This document shows positions 13,401 to 28,045 of a DNA stretch of 64,000 bases, piece after piece; position 1 is the first letter of the stretch, and each line of letters begins with the position of its first letter. The stretch covers positions 20,026,001 to 20,090,000 of the forward strand of contig OX597816.1 in assembly GCA_951406725.2 (NCBI GenBank), given 5' to 3'. This stretch comes from Octopus vulgaris. Its lineage: Eukaryota. Under the pieces are notes generated by a model. The model did no database searches. It was not told where the DNA came from and saw nothing but the letters and a program-made list of their open reading frames with translations. Made by a program: the position numbers and the translations under genes.

Positions 13401-16199
13401 TTTTATTTTGATATACAACCATTTTTGAGATTTATTATTAGGAGTTAACATACGTATAGGAAACATACGCATAGGACACACCTCCTATCGCTTGTCTTAC
13501 ACGTATTTCGTAGCGTGATCACATTAAATTCACTCTGCAGCATTTCCTCATAAATTCTACTGGATATTGCTTTTACTATCGAATGCATTGTCGGTCATTG
13601 ATATATCTTATTTATCGTTCGTTCGTCAATTTTTTTACCCTTTCCTTTTTTTTTATTATTTTCCAGCCTTTTTCAGTATGATCGGTCGATATATATATAT
13701 ATTTTTTTTTATAGTAAACAATATATTTGTTGCATGATCAATACAACGACCTCGTAAAATATGTATTCGTTGTATTTTCTGTCAAACAAATACAAAGCAC
13801 ATTACTACCTACATCATTTGCTAATTTTGTTCTTTGATTCGGAGATGTTATTGAATCGCACTTTTTTGTATTTTTTCTTATTGAGCGTCATAATGCATAA
13901 TCTTGTTTTCATTAATATTTATATTCTCAGGGAGGAGAACCATAGCCAGAATTGGTAACATATAGGATAAAATGATTTACTGTATTTAGTTGTGGCTTTT
14001 TATATTTCGAGTTTAAATACCACCAAAGTCGAACATTCTTTATGTCATCCCAGGGTCAATAACATAAGGTACCATTTAAGTGCTGGGTCGAAATAATTAA
14101 ATATAACCTACTGGAAAAGTGAAACCTTTTGTCTATGCGAAACATGTATATTTGCTTTTATCGGAGGGAAATAGTTTGACAGAGTTTATAGGAAAGTGGA
14201 CAAAAGCGCATTTAGTATTCTATTATATCGTGTTTGATTCTGAGTTCAAATCTCTCCAATCCCGTCGTCTGTCATCCTTCATGGATCTTTGAAAATAATT
14301 AGTAGTCAAATAGAAAAATCGTATAAGCGATTATATTCATGTTTCAGAATATGGCGCATTGGGAAAATTTTTTAATTAGATAATGCTATTTATCAACCTG
14401 AACAGGGAGAACGATATAAAGTGCCACTTGATCGGCTACTATATAGTGGGGCTGGAAGCTACGTTTCTTCAGGCCTCTGCAAACATTTAGGAGGTTTCCA
14501 GTTGAATAGTGTCAGTCCGTCAGTCCATCAATAGGATGAATGCTGATATTCAAATAGCTAGTGTTAAAATGGACATTCATAATCGATTTTGATGTTCTAC
14601 ATTTCTGCTTCCTTTTTCCTGAATTTCCCAGATGACCAAGTCCAAAAGCAATAGATCCTATCAGTGCAACCACTCTGTAATTAGACAGTGATGTCAGATT
14701 AATAAATGGTAACCTTGTAGGATATCTATCGCATAGGTTGCTAATTAGTCAGACTATTAGTATGTGATATGTATAAACCATTCAATGATCTGGCCTCGGA
14801 GAAGAGAAACATAATAAAAAAAAGAACAAGAAATCAAATCCATTTTTAACCACAGACTACATGTGTGCAAGCAGATATGTATGGGTTTTCAGACTATTCG
14901 AACGAATAATGCATTGGTGTCAGACACTTTATATGTTTACTTTCGTCGACCATCACGTCGTTATTAATGAGAAATGATGTTCTGCCTGGAACACTAGGTA
15001 TATATTTGAGCGAATATTGTACATGGGAAGGGAGCAATAAATATGTGTAAGCAAATATTACAAGGTCTGTCCAAATCTTTTGTACCTTTCCACTCGTGCA
15101 TGCTATTGCCAGAAAATATTCCTTTGCAATGGAGGGACGACTTGGGACCGCGCTGGTTTTGTAAGTTCAGGAATGAAAGTAACACTGAAAGCAATTGCGG
15201 ACAACAAGAAAATGTTGCTAATTTCAGTTTCACAACATTGCTAAATGTAATAGAGAAATGGCATAGTATTTGCACAATTTTAGATCCTAACTCCTGACAC
15301 TTTCTTAGCAGTATCATCTTTAATGATATCTATTCTGGATAAATTTATTCTGCGAAACATCATTGCAAATCTGGATGAGTTAGGGCTTTAGTAACCTTCG
15401 ATTGCTAAACGCTTGATGACTGAAAATGCTTGATAAATGCAAGAATTGTAAACGATTTTCTCGAGTGTTACGCTAAATTTCGATGGCAAAATCATGGTAT
15501 AGAAGATTTATTTGTGCATAGAGTCAAATTCCGTTATCAGATTATATACGCCTTTGTCGGAATTCTTTCATTTCACATGTTCTGCTCCATAAGTGGGAGC
15601 TTTTTATACATTACTCAGCCCTTTTGCACTTCTGGAGCAGGTTCCATGTTTCAGTGTGCATTCCTTTTCAATGCAACAGATCAAAGCATTGTATATACGG
15701 GTGAAACCAATTTCATGAGCTTCCTTACCTGAGAGTGACCTACAAATAGTTAAGACGTCTTTTGACACTGTACTGAAAAAACCGACTTAATAACAGGACA
15801 CCCTATATAAAACAAAGCATTTGTCTTCCAGCTCTCTCTTTTGATATATATGTAAATGCCGGCCAAAATTTAGAGATGATTATCATTGGAAATTTAAGAT
15901 CAATGTCATGATTCCTTTCAGATCTATAATTGTGTAGAAATTGCCAGTCTTTCATATAAATAGCTGTGCGGAAGCGTTTACTAAGAGTCGATTATGATTG
16001 TGTGATTTTCCTTCATGCCATTTATAAACAAGTTCGAATAGCTAAGAACAAAAGTATCCACAATACTATAGAATATAGTCACTTTAAGACAGAGTTTTAT
16101 TCCACGTTGTTTGGGGCACATTACCACCTTCAATTTTCATTTTCTGTTGATTGTTTTATTTTCAGTAAATTTCACTTGTGTGCCATATTGACTGGAAAT

Positions 16200-17750
16200 A
16201 CTGTCATCTCAAGGATTTACGTAGAATCTTGATATTTAGTTCGTGCTGTGAGAGTCCTAAACACGATTAACCCTTTTTCTCGCTCCTAATGTTCTTTCTC
16301 ATACCAAGTGCTACAATTACTCCACCACCATCTTCGTTTTCAGTCACTTAGTTATGACTAATCCCATTTGATGTAGACTGCGTCTCCATTTCGTTCCTTG
16401 TTATTTGTGGCCTCCTGCAATATTTTCTACTGTATGTCTCCTGCGATTGTATAGATTCTTGGTTAAATCAGGACAGTAAAAGAGAATGTGGTAAATAGAT
16501 TCTTCATCATCTCAATATATTCTGGAATTATTTAGTGTATTGTGCTTCACTACATTATCCTTTTTCTCTTTTCGGCGAGTTATATTCAGTTGTACTTCAA
16601 ATACATTCACTTCAGTCTCTTGTATATGCCGCACATCCCTCACAAAATTTCTGGTATTTCTCTATTCCGAAACTTTCAGCTTCATGAAGTACTTGCCATG
16701 CGGATGTTTACCTGCCTAACATTTATCATGGAAGCTGTAGTCGAAACTCTAGCTTAAAGTTGAACTGGAATACAAGTTTGGTTGTCAGACATTTTTTTTC
16801 AACGCTACTTGTTATTGTCGATTCTATTTGCATTAGTATTTCTTGAAGATCGAAAACAAAATTTTCTCGCTGTTATTATGTAGTCATTTGTTGGAATTAC
16901 AATTATACTGCGCAGAATATCTTTCTTGTCTTACAGGAGATATTTCGCAATAAATTTCTAGTTGTGCAACGTAACCTACTTCATTTATTCGTGTTTAAAC
17001 TACTAATTATCTATCAGAAATGTTATATTGTATATTCTAAATGCAGTCGTTAAAATCCTTGTTTACTTAACTCGTTTTGATAGTTCGTTTAGCACACGAT
17101 TCAGGATAATATAACTTATTATTGTACAAATTAGCCTATTGATACCTATCATCGCTGATTTTTTTTTATCTCTGCTCTGCTGAACATATTAATCTTATGC
17201 ATCTATAATTTCATACCTAATCGGTTTCTACGTTAATGTGTTTTGTGCATTGTCTAGTTCATTGATTTCCAAATATCTGTATGCTTGTGCTTAGCCTTGG
17301 TCTAATTCTCGTATCTAAGTATCTTTATCTAGCGTGATATAATGTTTTCCCTTCTTTCAAGGATGCTTAGGCACATTTCTCTAATAAACTCTCTTATCGA
17401 CTTGTTTGGGAAATCCGTGTAATGTTTTCGTGCTGTATCCAGTTGTTTATCATTTGCCGCACACAATTTGATATCATCAATCTTACCATAACATTTGTGT
17501 TTACATCCGGTTCCCTTTTATCATGTCCGTTAAAGGTGACAGTGCCAGACAGAAAATGTGTGTGAGACAAAGTACAATCTTGCAGCATTTATTTTCTATT
17601 GTAGACTGCTCTAGCTTTTATAATTCACACTTTTTGAAATCTATTTGTGTGAAAATATCCAGTTCGCTCAGTGTTACCATCTGTTAGGAATCTCAGACAT
17701 CGATATTTCTGGTTTTTGCACTCTTGTCAATGAAATATACCTAAGAGAGG
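16200..17750 (-). mobile_element. Probable decayed non-LTR RT (R4/Dong-like)
   Basis: Minus strand around 17260-17400 resembles the FGLDKCA..K.GK...YKYLG region; heavily degenerate. Confidence 0.3.
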
Positions 17751-18000
17751 CAACTCTGAACGAACTTCATAAAGCTGGAGCTTTATATTTGCTTCAGACA
17801 GCACGTTGATTGATGTGTTATAGTAGATCACCCGATGAAGGTAAATAACGAAGCATTGGCGCAAAGCAGTGTTTAGATTTGAGCAGAATTCCGGTTAATT
17901 CAAATATGATGTCACATATAACAACTGGGAAATGGCAAATACACTGTAATTACGTGGAGAAAAAATCTCTCTTATGGTAATGTGTTAAAAACTCCTGTCC

Positions 18001-18087
<87 letters not shown>

Positions 18088-18461
18088 TCTTATTCCCCGT
18101 CTGTCTTGATAGACAATGGGTTGACAATGTATGTATGTATGTATGTATGTATATATAGGTTAGTAATGTTAGCGGTTAGAATAAACATCTAAGGGATAAA
18201 CAAGAGTTTATCAGGGATCAAATTTAGATTACGCAGAAAAGTTAGAAAATTCTTGATCAACAAATTGACTACGATCGATTAATATTTTTTAATACAAGAT
18301 TTTATCCCATCTAACAGCCGTTTCTGCGTTCAATGGCCTTCAGCAGTCAAAGAAAACTCTGAAAATAATATTCGTCATATTCTATAGCACATCTGATCTG
18401 GCACATGGCGCTTCATCAGAGTGAAGAAAGATACATAAATGTATATGCATATATGTGTGGT

Positions 18462-18539
<78 letters not shown>

Positions 18540-18916
18540 GTATATATAATTTTTTCATAATTTTCATATACACGTATATATAGACGTATGCATGAACGTA
18601 TGTGTAACTAATTTATGGAATATAACCATATAACACGGAATGAAAATTAAAGTAGGATTTTTATACACTTGGTCCAATATGTGATGCTTATTGTCATGAC
18701 TTCCTAATTACTTATGTCAACGACTTTGTGTGAATTCACTTGGGAAAAACAAAAAGAAATAGTTCATAATGCATAATCTCTTGGATTAAAATATAGTCAC
18801 GCTATGGAAATGATGAACTTATATCTGATAAAGAACGACGTCTCTACATATGTTGATCCAGTAATGTAAATGAGAATGATTTTTATATATTTTCTTTCTT
18901 TATTAAATTTGTAATT

Positions 18917-19162
18917 GTGGAGGCGCGTGGCTTAGTGGTTAGGGTGTTAGCATCATGATCGTAAGATTGTGGTTTCGATTCCTGGACCGAGCGATGCGTT
19001 GTGTTCTTGAGCAAAACTCTTCATTTCATGTTGCTCCAGTTCACTCAGATGTCAAAAATGAGTAACGCTGCCGTGGACTGGCGTCCCGTCCAGCTCGGTT
19101 TCGAGCCATTGAAAATGGGAAAGCGGGCCCATGAGCCTGGCTAGGCTTTAAAAGGGCGCATT
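18917..19162 (+). mobile_element. tRNA-derived SINE, family 2
   Basis: tggaggcgcgtggcttagtggttagg..ggtttcgattcctgg; homologous to 6936-7183. Confidence 0.8.
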
Positions 19163-19863
19163 TATATATTTCTATTTTTTTCAGTCTCCGAATTAGGGCT
19201 AGACTTCTTAGGAGCATCGCATTCATAATGTATGTAAAATTTATTCTATTTCAGAACCGCGGATGTTTATCCTAAACGAACTTGAATGTTGTATATTATT
19301 TATGAATAAAAATAAAATGCTATGATCTGATTATCTGTATCTTCTATTACACGATTTTTAAAAAATCAGAAACGAACTGTGTGTTCTTTTCTATTATATC
19401 CTACTCTAGTGCGACTCTGACCGAACTGCAATCCACTGTTGTCGATTGCACACGTTGAAGACTGGTAAAATAGAAATAAAGGTAGGAGCGGCTGTGGCCG
19501 TATCGTTAAGGAGCTCCTTTTGCATGCTAATGTGTGTATTATCAGGGATGTACGAATGTGAGTTGCTTTTGTACCAGCATTAATCTGCCACACTCGCACA
19601 CATAGGCATGCATATATATATATACAACATACGATATATTTGCATATACGAACTTATACATACAAATATATGCACGTATACAGACAACCAGTTTAAATTT
19701 CCCGCTTAAACCTCCTCGTGCGATAAGGTCAGAATAGCACCGCAGTGAATATAATGACGAAAATAGATATATAAATTTATATAAGGAGAAGATCGATATT
19801 TAAATTAACGATCTTATCCCTATGTGCATATAAAAATATATATATACGTGTGTGTGTATACAC

Positions 19864-19911
<48 letters not shown>

Positions 19912-20113
19912 GTACTTGCACACACAGACACCAGACAAAAAATACATGCATGCATGCACATATGGTCTTCCGCACATAGGCTCACGCACTCGGATGTCTG
20001 CACAAAAATACAAGAATATATTTATTTACGCAAACACACCCATACGTTCATCCGAAACGTATTTGCCCACGCACGGATATTAAGCAGGCACTAAAGTATA
20101 CGTATTCACAGTT

Positions 20114-20145
<32 letters not shown>

Positions 20146-20223
20146 TCATACAACCAAAATCACACCCAGATTTGTTTGCATCCGTTTGGTATACGCACTC
20201 TTATACAGTCTCACACTCTTTGG

Positions 20224-20859
20224 TGTTAGTTATGTCGGTTTCCATATACCTGGGCGGTAGCAGTTGGCTGTTTGAGAAATGCCCTATTCTAACGAAACCG
20301 CAGCCGCTGATTTGCCGTTATTCATTATAAAGACACCATTTGACCCGACTTAACAAATAACCGCAGTCACCTTGGTCTTCCAGTAGCAATCTTGGACTCG
20401 CTGTATTTCTCCATTCATTAATATAAGACAGAATAGGTTGGGTTTCCGTCAGAAGCTAGTGAAAATGTGTTGGGTGGACGCCCCCAGACGAATAAGTAAG
20501 CTAGATATACGTAGATATAGAGGGAGAAGTGTAGACGTCAAAATAGTCAGAACAGAGCAGTTGTAGTAGAGTAGTGTCGAATACAGGTCATCCGAACGTG
20601 CGACATAAGAGTTGCGACCTGGATTTCGTAGCACACACAGCCACTGTGTAGTATTGCGATATAACAGTGGCGACAAGGTTTCGAATAGTACCAACATGGA
20701 AGAGTTACTGAAAGCAGTTTTAAAACAACAACAGCAGCAACTACAGAAGTTAACAAAATTGTTACTGCAGTCGAGAAATACGAGAGAATCATTTTCAGCA
20801 GATGCTATTCCAAATTACATCGAATAATTTCACTACAATCCGAACGTGCGACGTAACAA
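20224..20859 (+). mobile_element. Gypsy-type LTR, PBS and gag N-terminus, internally deleted
   Basis: LTR-like segment from tgtta/gttatgtcg to gcgatataaca (20666), then gTGGCGAC (PBS-like), then ATG at 20696 reading MEELLKAVLKQQQQQ..ADAIPNYIE*FHYNP, then a second LTR-end copy atccgaacgtgcgacgtaaca. Confidence 0.65.
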
Positions 20860-21918
20860 AATTCCATTCGCATTGAGCCGAATCAAATCATTTTAAACAT
20901 TATATGCAACTCTGACTAAATACCTAAGTACCTTATTCTTTGGTCACTCACTTGTATACATATATACATATTTATATAGACATATAAACACAAACACATA
21001 TATACAAACATATATAGTGGGAGAGAGTTAAACAGATAGATATACATATGCGTGGAAAAAAATACTCATGTGTACACGTATGTATATGTGTGTATATTTA
21101 CGCCGGTGTTACTTCCTGCGCGTGTGTGTATGTGTGTCATTCCGAGATAAAATATTACATTACAAATTCCCGAATATGGTCACAAAATATTTCTATTTAG
21201 CAAATTTCTTCCACCTCAGTTGCGTCATTATCTATATGCTACTTTAAATATTTTAATATTATTGATTCTTTACTTGTGTGATATAACTTTTCAAGACTGT
21301 TACAAAAAAAAGTGTAGCATACTTATTTTATTAGTCCCAACGGGATGAAAAAGTAAGCCAAACTCAAGCAATATTTAATATCAGAATGCAAATAAATGAG
21401 GTAGATAGGCCAATAAATTTCGTCGTTCTTTCTCTGACGTTACTGTCAGACCTCCAGCCTAAATAATCAGTTCTTAATAATTAAATAACATCGACACCAT
21501 CACATTTAAGTTTCTTTGTATGTATCAATTACTACGTATGCTTGTATATTGGTTTGAACATAATATAATACTACCAACTGGAAAACAAGAGTGAACAATG
21601 GATGGTTAGGGAAATTTTCCTACATAAATATTTATGCTGATGCAACATTTAATTGTAAATTGTCTCATGCGAAAATTTCCCTTACAAGACTAAACATATA
21701 TGCTTGCTGATAATTTACTGGTTAGTTCTATTTCCGCATTGATATAAGCACCAACAATATACTTTACTCCAACATTTCATTCTCTTCCCTTTTCTTCTTT
21801 TTATCAGTATATCGCATTGCTCTGTATAATACATTTTTCGTCTTCAGAAATCCAAGCGTTTTCATATAGAAAGTTCTAACACGTGCCTGTATACATTACA
21901 TGATTATATGAATGCATG

Positions 21919-21982
<64 letters not shown>

Positions 21983-22123
21983 CTTCTGGGTTTGGTAATA
22001 GAAAATAATTATGATTTCATTAAAAACATTCCTCTCTATTTCACACGCCCATTGGAGCTGTCTTCCAGATTTTCTAATCTCTGTAAAAGTATTGCAAATG
22101 TACTACGAATGTTGGGCCTCCTT

Positions 22124-22192
<69 letters not shown>

Positions 22193-22289
22193 CAATTTAT
22201 ATATGTTAATATATATATATATGTACATATGAGTGTGTATGTGTATATATATATATGAGTGTGTGTATGTGTGTATGTATACATATACA

Positions 22290-22505
22290 TATTTGTTTTT
22301 TGCCCACAAGGGACAAAACATAGAGGAGACAAATAAGGACACACAAAGGGATTAAGTTGATTACATCGACCCCAGTGCGATTTTAAGAGGTATTTAATTT
22401 ATCGACCCCTAAAGGATGAAAGGCAAAGTCGACCTCGGCGGAATTTCAACTCAGAACGTAGCGGGAGAGGAAATACCGTTAAGCACTTCGCCAGCGTGCT
22501 AACAT
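22290..22505 (-). mobile_element. tRNA-derived SINE, family 3
   Basis: Minus strand gagttgaaattccgccgaggtcgactttgcctttcatcc; tail cccttgtgggcaaaa. Confidence 0.8.
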
Positions 22506-23421
22506 TTCCTTCTATGAAATCCACAGATAAAATTTGGTCTGCCCGAGGTTATACCAGAAGTAATAAGCACAGGAACCTAAACCCGAACCATATGGTTGGA
22601 AAACAATCTTCTTACCACACAGCCATGCCTGTGTCTATGTTTAAGATATTTTTGCTTTGATCTTTATTCTATTACCGCATTTCTTTGTATGTAAATCTCA
22701 TCAACTACTATAGCAGTCCTTGTCCCTTGTCTGAAATAAACGCGTTAATAAGCATGTTTCGGTATTTGCAGTCAAAGAAATATGTTCTGAATTGTTCGTG
22801 TTTAATCCCCTGTCATTCTTTCTTATCCTATTTTGCGACAGAATGAGACTATATATTTATGTGTCAGCGATTCATTACTTTTAAGAATAATTGTATTGTT
22901 GGTTTGTAATGATTCAAATGTACCTACACCGTTTATTTGCGTGGTGAGTGAGTGTGTGTGTGTCTGCTTGTGTGTGTGTGAAGACAACTGAAGGAGCAGT
23001 GATGAAATCTGACATTTAACATAAAATCTCTATCTAGTTAATTCAAATTTATGCTGGGGAAATTATCAATCTAATCCGACCAAATATGATTCATTTATTC
23101 TGGTTTGTGTAAGAACATTTCTCATTTTCTATTACGTTGCTCTCAACTACGTTGCTGAAAATATGTACCAACTTAATGTCAGCGCTGCCTTTATCTTCCC
23201 AGCTGCCACAGCCACGATGTTCTGTAACGTGAAATGATAGAAAGTCGGACGAAATATATTACTGGTACATAGTCACTTAAAACTGTTAAAGAATTCAGGG
23301 GACATATTAATCAAGGGTCGTACTCGCTTACCAATAACAGTATCTTATTTAAAATAATAATTATTTGATTTAATTTTCTTTCAAATTATATTTCCACCTC
23401 TTCTAAATTATTTCCATTTAC

Positions 23422-23587
23422 AGGCGCAGGAGTGGCTGTGTGGTAAGTAGCTTGCTAACCAACCACATGGTTCCGGGTTCAGTCCCACTGCGTGGTACCT
23501 TTGGCAAGTGTCTTCTGCTATAGCCTCGGGCCTACCAAAGCCTTGTGAGTGGATTTGGTAGACGGAAACTGAAAGAAGCCTGTCGTA

Positions 23588-23653
<66 letters not shown>

Positions 23654-23830
23654 GCGTGTGTATGTGTGTTTGTGTGTCTTTGTTGTCCCCTCCCCCTCCA
23701 ACATCGCTTGACAACCGATGCTGATGTGTTTACACCCCCGTAACAACTTAGCGGTTCGGCAACGTAGGCCGATAGAATAAGTACTAGGCTTACAAAGAAT
23801 AGGTCCTGCGGTCGATTTTTGCGCTACACA
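23422..23830 (+). mobile_element. tRNA-derived SINE, family 1
   Basis: Close match to 3281-3686. Confidence 0.85.
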
Positions 23831-25247
23831 GGCGCGACTCTCTCGCATCAATACTTTTTCTTTTTACTTTTTTCCATGACAACAATATCTTCAATATTAC
23901 TTTAGCTTTATCATACGTTTTTTTTTTTACATATATAAAGCTAAAGTATGGTTGAGTAGTTAAGAAGCTCGTTTTACAGCCTCATGGTTTGAGTTTCTTT
24001 TTCCGATGCGCAGCGTCTTCAACGAGTTTCTTCTACTATAGCGCCGATACGACCAATGCCATTTGAGCATCTGAGCTGCGTAGAAACCCGTCATATCTGT
24101 GTGGGGGCGGAGTGACTACGTGTTTGTGTATCGTTGTGACTCTGTTTGACACCATCATCCCTCTGCTTGATGATCGGTGAAAAGGACAGACACCTAAGTT
24201 TTCCCTTGTGTGCCAAATTGAAAGTAACTGGAAAGGAAATGCACTTGAGAAGCTGGAAATCTGCATTTTCTGCAACACAAATAGAACAAATAGTTTTCTC
24301 CTAGTTCAAAGTATTACCAGGCAGGGTATCTATGTAAACGTGGCCTCAATACATTCATTTTTTTTACATGAATGTAGAGGTATGAAGATATCAAAATTAG
24401 CTTTGTTTTAGTAGAGCAGTTTTCACACAAATTCCTTGCTGCTTAACCTCTATTCAATGAACTCGAATGGAATAACCTGTTGAAACCATTATAATGGAAA
24501 CAAAATATGTGTATAAAGTGATTTTTTTAATAGCAATATAATTTGTTGTAAGTACTTTTTTCATTCATTAACTCTCTTATTTGCAGCTTTCCCCGCATAA
24601 ACTTAAAGTTAGATATGAAAATCAGAATTGTTATAATTATGATGCTATAAATATATGAATATATAAAGACTAATCACTCATCGGCACACGTTTAATCACA
24701 CAAATACACTCAGACACAGACACATGATCGTACCTATGTTATGCTACTTTGAACTATCTATATTTTTTTATGATTCTATAAATTTATCAACACATGCTTT
24801 CGGTTGCTGGCGATATAATTGCAATTATTAGCAAGCTTTCCTGTTTTATTTACGAGTCATTCAGCTTATTTTGTAAGGTAATTTGTTGTCTGCATTTTAG
24901 CGTATATTTTTAATGATTCTCGTTTCTTTCGACATTTTTGCTTGTCTCGAATCTTTTCAGAGCTCCGTCATATTTATCAAGTGATACTGTTCTTTATCTA
25001 ACCTTGAATTGCTTAATAATTACTGGTTTATAGTTGGACTCTTATGCTTATACAAATCACAACATGCATTTAGGTACATTTATAAGATGCATATGCATGC
25101 AGACAGCGTTAATTGTATTTCTCGAATTTGGACTCTACATAGATAATACAATAATTCATAGTCTGAAATAATTCAACATAATGACTACTTGAACCAGTTG
25201 GCTTATTCACTATTGAAACAAAATGATCCTAGCTAACATATATATTA

Positions 25248-25540
25248 TGTTTTTATTGACCACAAGGGGCTAAACATAAAGGGGGCAAACAAGAACAGAC
25301 AAACGGATTAAGTTGATTACATCGATCCAGTGCATAACTGGTACTTATTTAATCGAACCCGAAAGGATGAAAGGCCAAGTTGACCTCGGCGGAATTTGAA
25401 CTTTGAACGTAGCGGCAGACGAAATACCTATTTCTTTATTACCCACAAGGGGCTAAACACAGAGGGAACAAACAAGGCAGACGAAATTCCGCTAAGCATT
25501 TCACCCGGCGTGCTAACGTTTCTGCCAAATCGCCGCCTTA
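25248..25540 (-). mobile_element. tRNA-derived SINE, family 3, with an internal extra copy of its tail
   Basis: Head taaggcggcgatttggcagaaacgttagc (minus); 47-bp tail copy at 25429-25475 flanked by a 15-bp direct repeat. Confidence 0.85.
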
Positions 25541-27184
25541 TATATTTAGTCAACATCTAGACAACATATATATTGATATAGAAGCAGGTTTCTGAACAGT
25601 CCAGCTTGAATTGAACAACTTTTAGTATTGGCGACATTGACATATCTGTTGGAGTGTCATAAATTCATAACCCAGATTGAACACCTGCACTGTTTGTCTA
25701 AATTGTATATTTTTATCAAATATATATCAGATCACCATCAACCGTCTTCTCAGAACTACTGCTATTTATTTAATTTTGTTATTTGATTTGCAAGATACTT
25801 GGTGTGAACTCTTTTGTCGAAACGGATGTTATTATATCTCGGGAGGGTCATTATGCCAATAATATTCTTATTATTCACTTCTTTTACATTAAGCCTATGT
25901 ACCAATCGATTTTGATTAATCGTCCGGCATGTCATTGATGAAACCATGAACGGCGATGAAAGAACTGTGACAAACCTACCTGACTGATTGATTGCTTGAA
26001 CAATTAATGAAACAAGCAATTAGTTAATTGGTTAAATGTCAATGTGTTGACAAATAATGAAAGAAATGAAGATGATCCAGTGCGTGTGCTTATTATTAGC
26101 ATAACGACCCTCTAAGGATACACGTGGAGGCTATAAATATGGCATTAATATGAGCAGTGTATAATCTACTGAAGATTTTCCCGTTTACCAGCACATTTCT
26201 GATAGATGATAAAGCTTAACGATAAATAACAACACAAGCGGGAAATGTAAACTTGGAAATTCATAAGTTTGTCATGTCACACGTGGACACTAATATTACA
26301 ATGTCTATCCAAATTAAAGTTTGGCTGTCAGTGACTTTGCAAATGAAATACATAAAAAAACTATATATAGAAACACCCAAAAATCAAGAACGGTACGGGG
26401 ACAAATTATTATTATTATAAAACAAAATATGAACGTATATGAAAAAGTACATTATTCATACAATTAATAACGAAAGGACGTAAATGAACAAGGTTTTAAG
26501 AGTGTCTATTATTGAAATTCGGAGAACGCCAAGATAAGAGATATTCGTGAATTACAAAAGACATTAATATATGTATGCATCACCGGTATTTTCAACAAAA
26601 GAATATTTCAACATTATCCCAAACGATTATTCCTCCCAAACTATGCAAAAATGAAATGGAAAGCAATGTATTTGCAACAAAATGGGAACCAAAATTATTA
26701 ACAGGACTATGGTCTGGGAAGACACATTCACAAAGAAAATATTCAAGATAAATTATGTAGCACACGCAGTCATAGGGAGCCACATGAACGCAAAAGATAA
26801 CAGAAGCGGGAAACAAAAGCTATGTTGAATATTTGATACAGTTATAAGAAACTAGATTTCTGGTCGCAATATGTAACAATGGCACATGCAGTGCTAGCAA
26901 TAATTATAAATAACTTAACATTGTAGGAAACATACTGGAACTGCTCATTAATTGCAAGCTCCAAGATTAAACGAAGAACAACCACTAAAACCACTACTAA
27001 ATATTTCTACCTGCTCCCATACTTCTTACACCCCAGAATAATGATAATGCTACACGATAAAATATCAAGTCTAGTACGCATAAACATAAATTAATCTCCA
27101 GAACAGAACACAAATTTTCAAAAACAAAACCCAAAAAGTCATAGTTTTATAAGATAAATGGAGACTTATACTTGAAAATATTAA

Positions 27185-27400
27185 TTTTTTTATTGCCCAC
27201 AGGTGGCTAACCATAGAGGGTCAAACAAGGACCAACAAAAGGATTAAGTCAATTACATCGACTCCAGTGCGTGACTGGTATTTATTTAATCGACCCCGGA
27301 ATGATGAAAGACAAAGTCGACCTCGGCAGAATATGAACTCAGAATGTAACACCGATCGAAATACCGCTAGGCATTTCGCTTGGCATGCTAACGATTCTGT
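27185..27400 (-). mobile_element. tRNA-derived SINE, family 3
   Basis: Homologous to 22290-22505 and 25248-25540. Confidence 0.8.
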
Positions 27401-28045
27401 CAGTATATTAGTCGTATTGAAAATATTAGCCGCAAGTGTAGCAGCACATTATAAATGTGTGCTTAGTATGTACCATTAGCATGCTATGGATAAAATTCAG
27501 ATAAGGATTCGGGTACAAACAAAACCAGATAAGAAGTAATTTTCTTTTCTTTGCGAAGAGCAACGCTGCAAGAGACTTTTCTATATCTTATGCATTTTAA
27601 AAAAAATCATGATAAACCCAACTGAATATATAAACGGTATAAAAACATTAATCAACTATCTTTTTTTTATAAACTGCAGATAATCAGAGAAGTAAAGTAA
27701 GCTACATGGATTTACTAAAGGAATTCATATGAGATTCAATTTAGAAGACTGTGACAATACAATGCTGAAGAAAAGAGAATTATTTTCGAAAAATCTCTGC
27801 TGTTTATGTTAGTGACAATTGAGCAAACGCAAACTAATAAATACTTAGGAATTAATCTGTAAGTCTATGTGAAGGACACATAAGTAAAATAAATAGAAAC
27901 TGGAAAAAATATCATTGACGTATTTGATTAATTCTTAAAGCACTTCTAATTGCAAAAATACGTGAGGTAATTGGTTTGAATATTCTAAGTATCCTACTAA
28001 TAACTTATAGATTAATTCTCCACTCATAGATATATTACCTGATCG

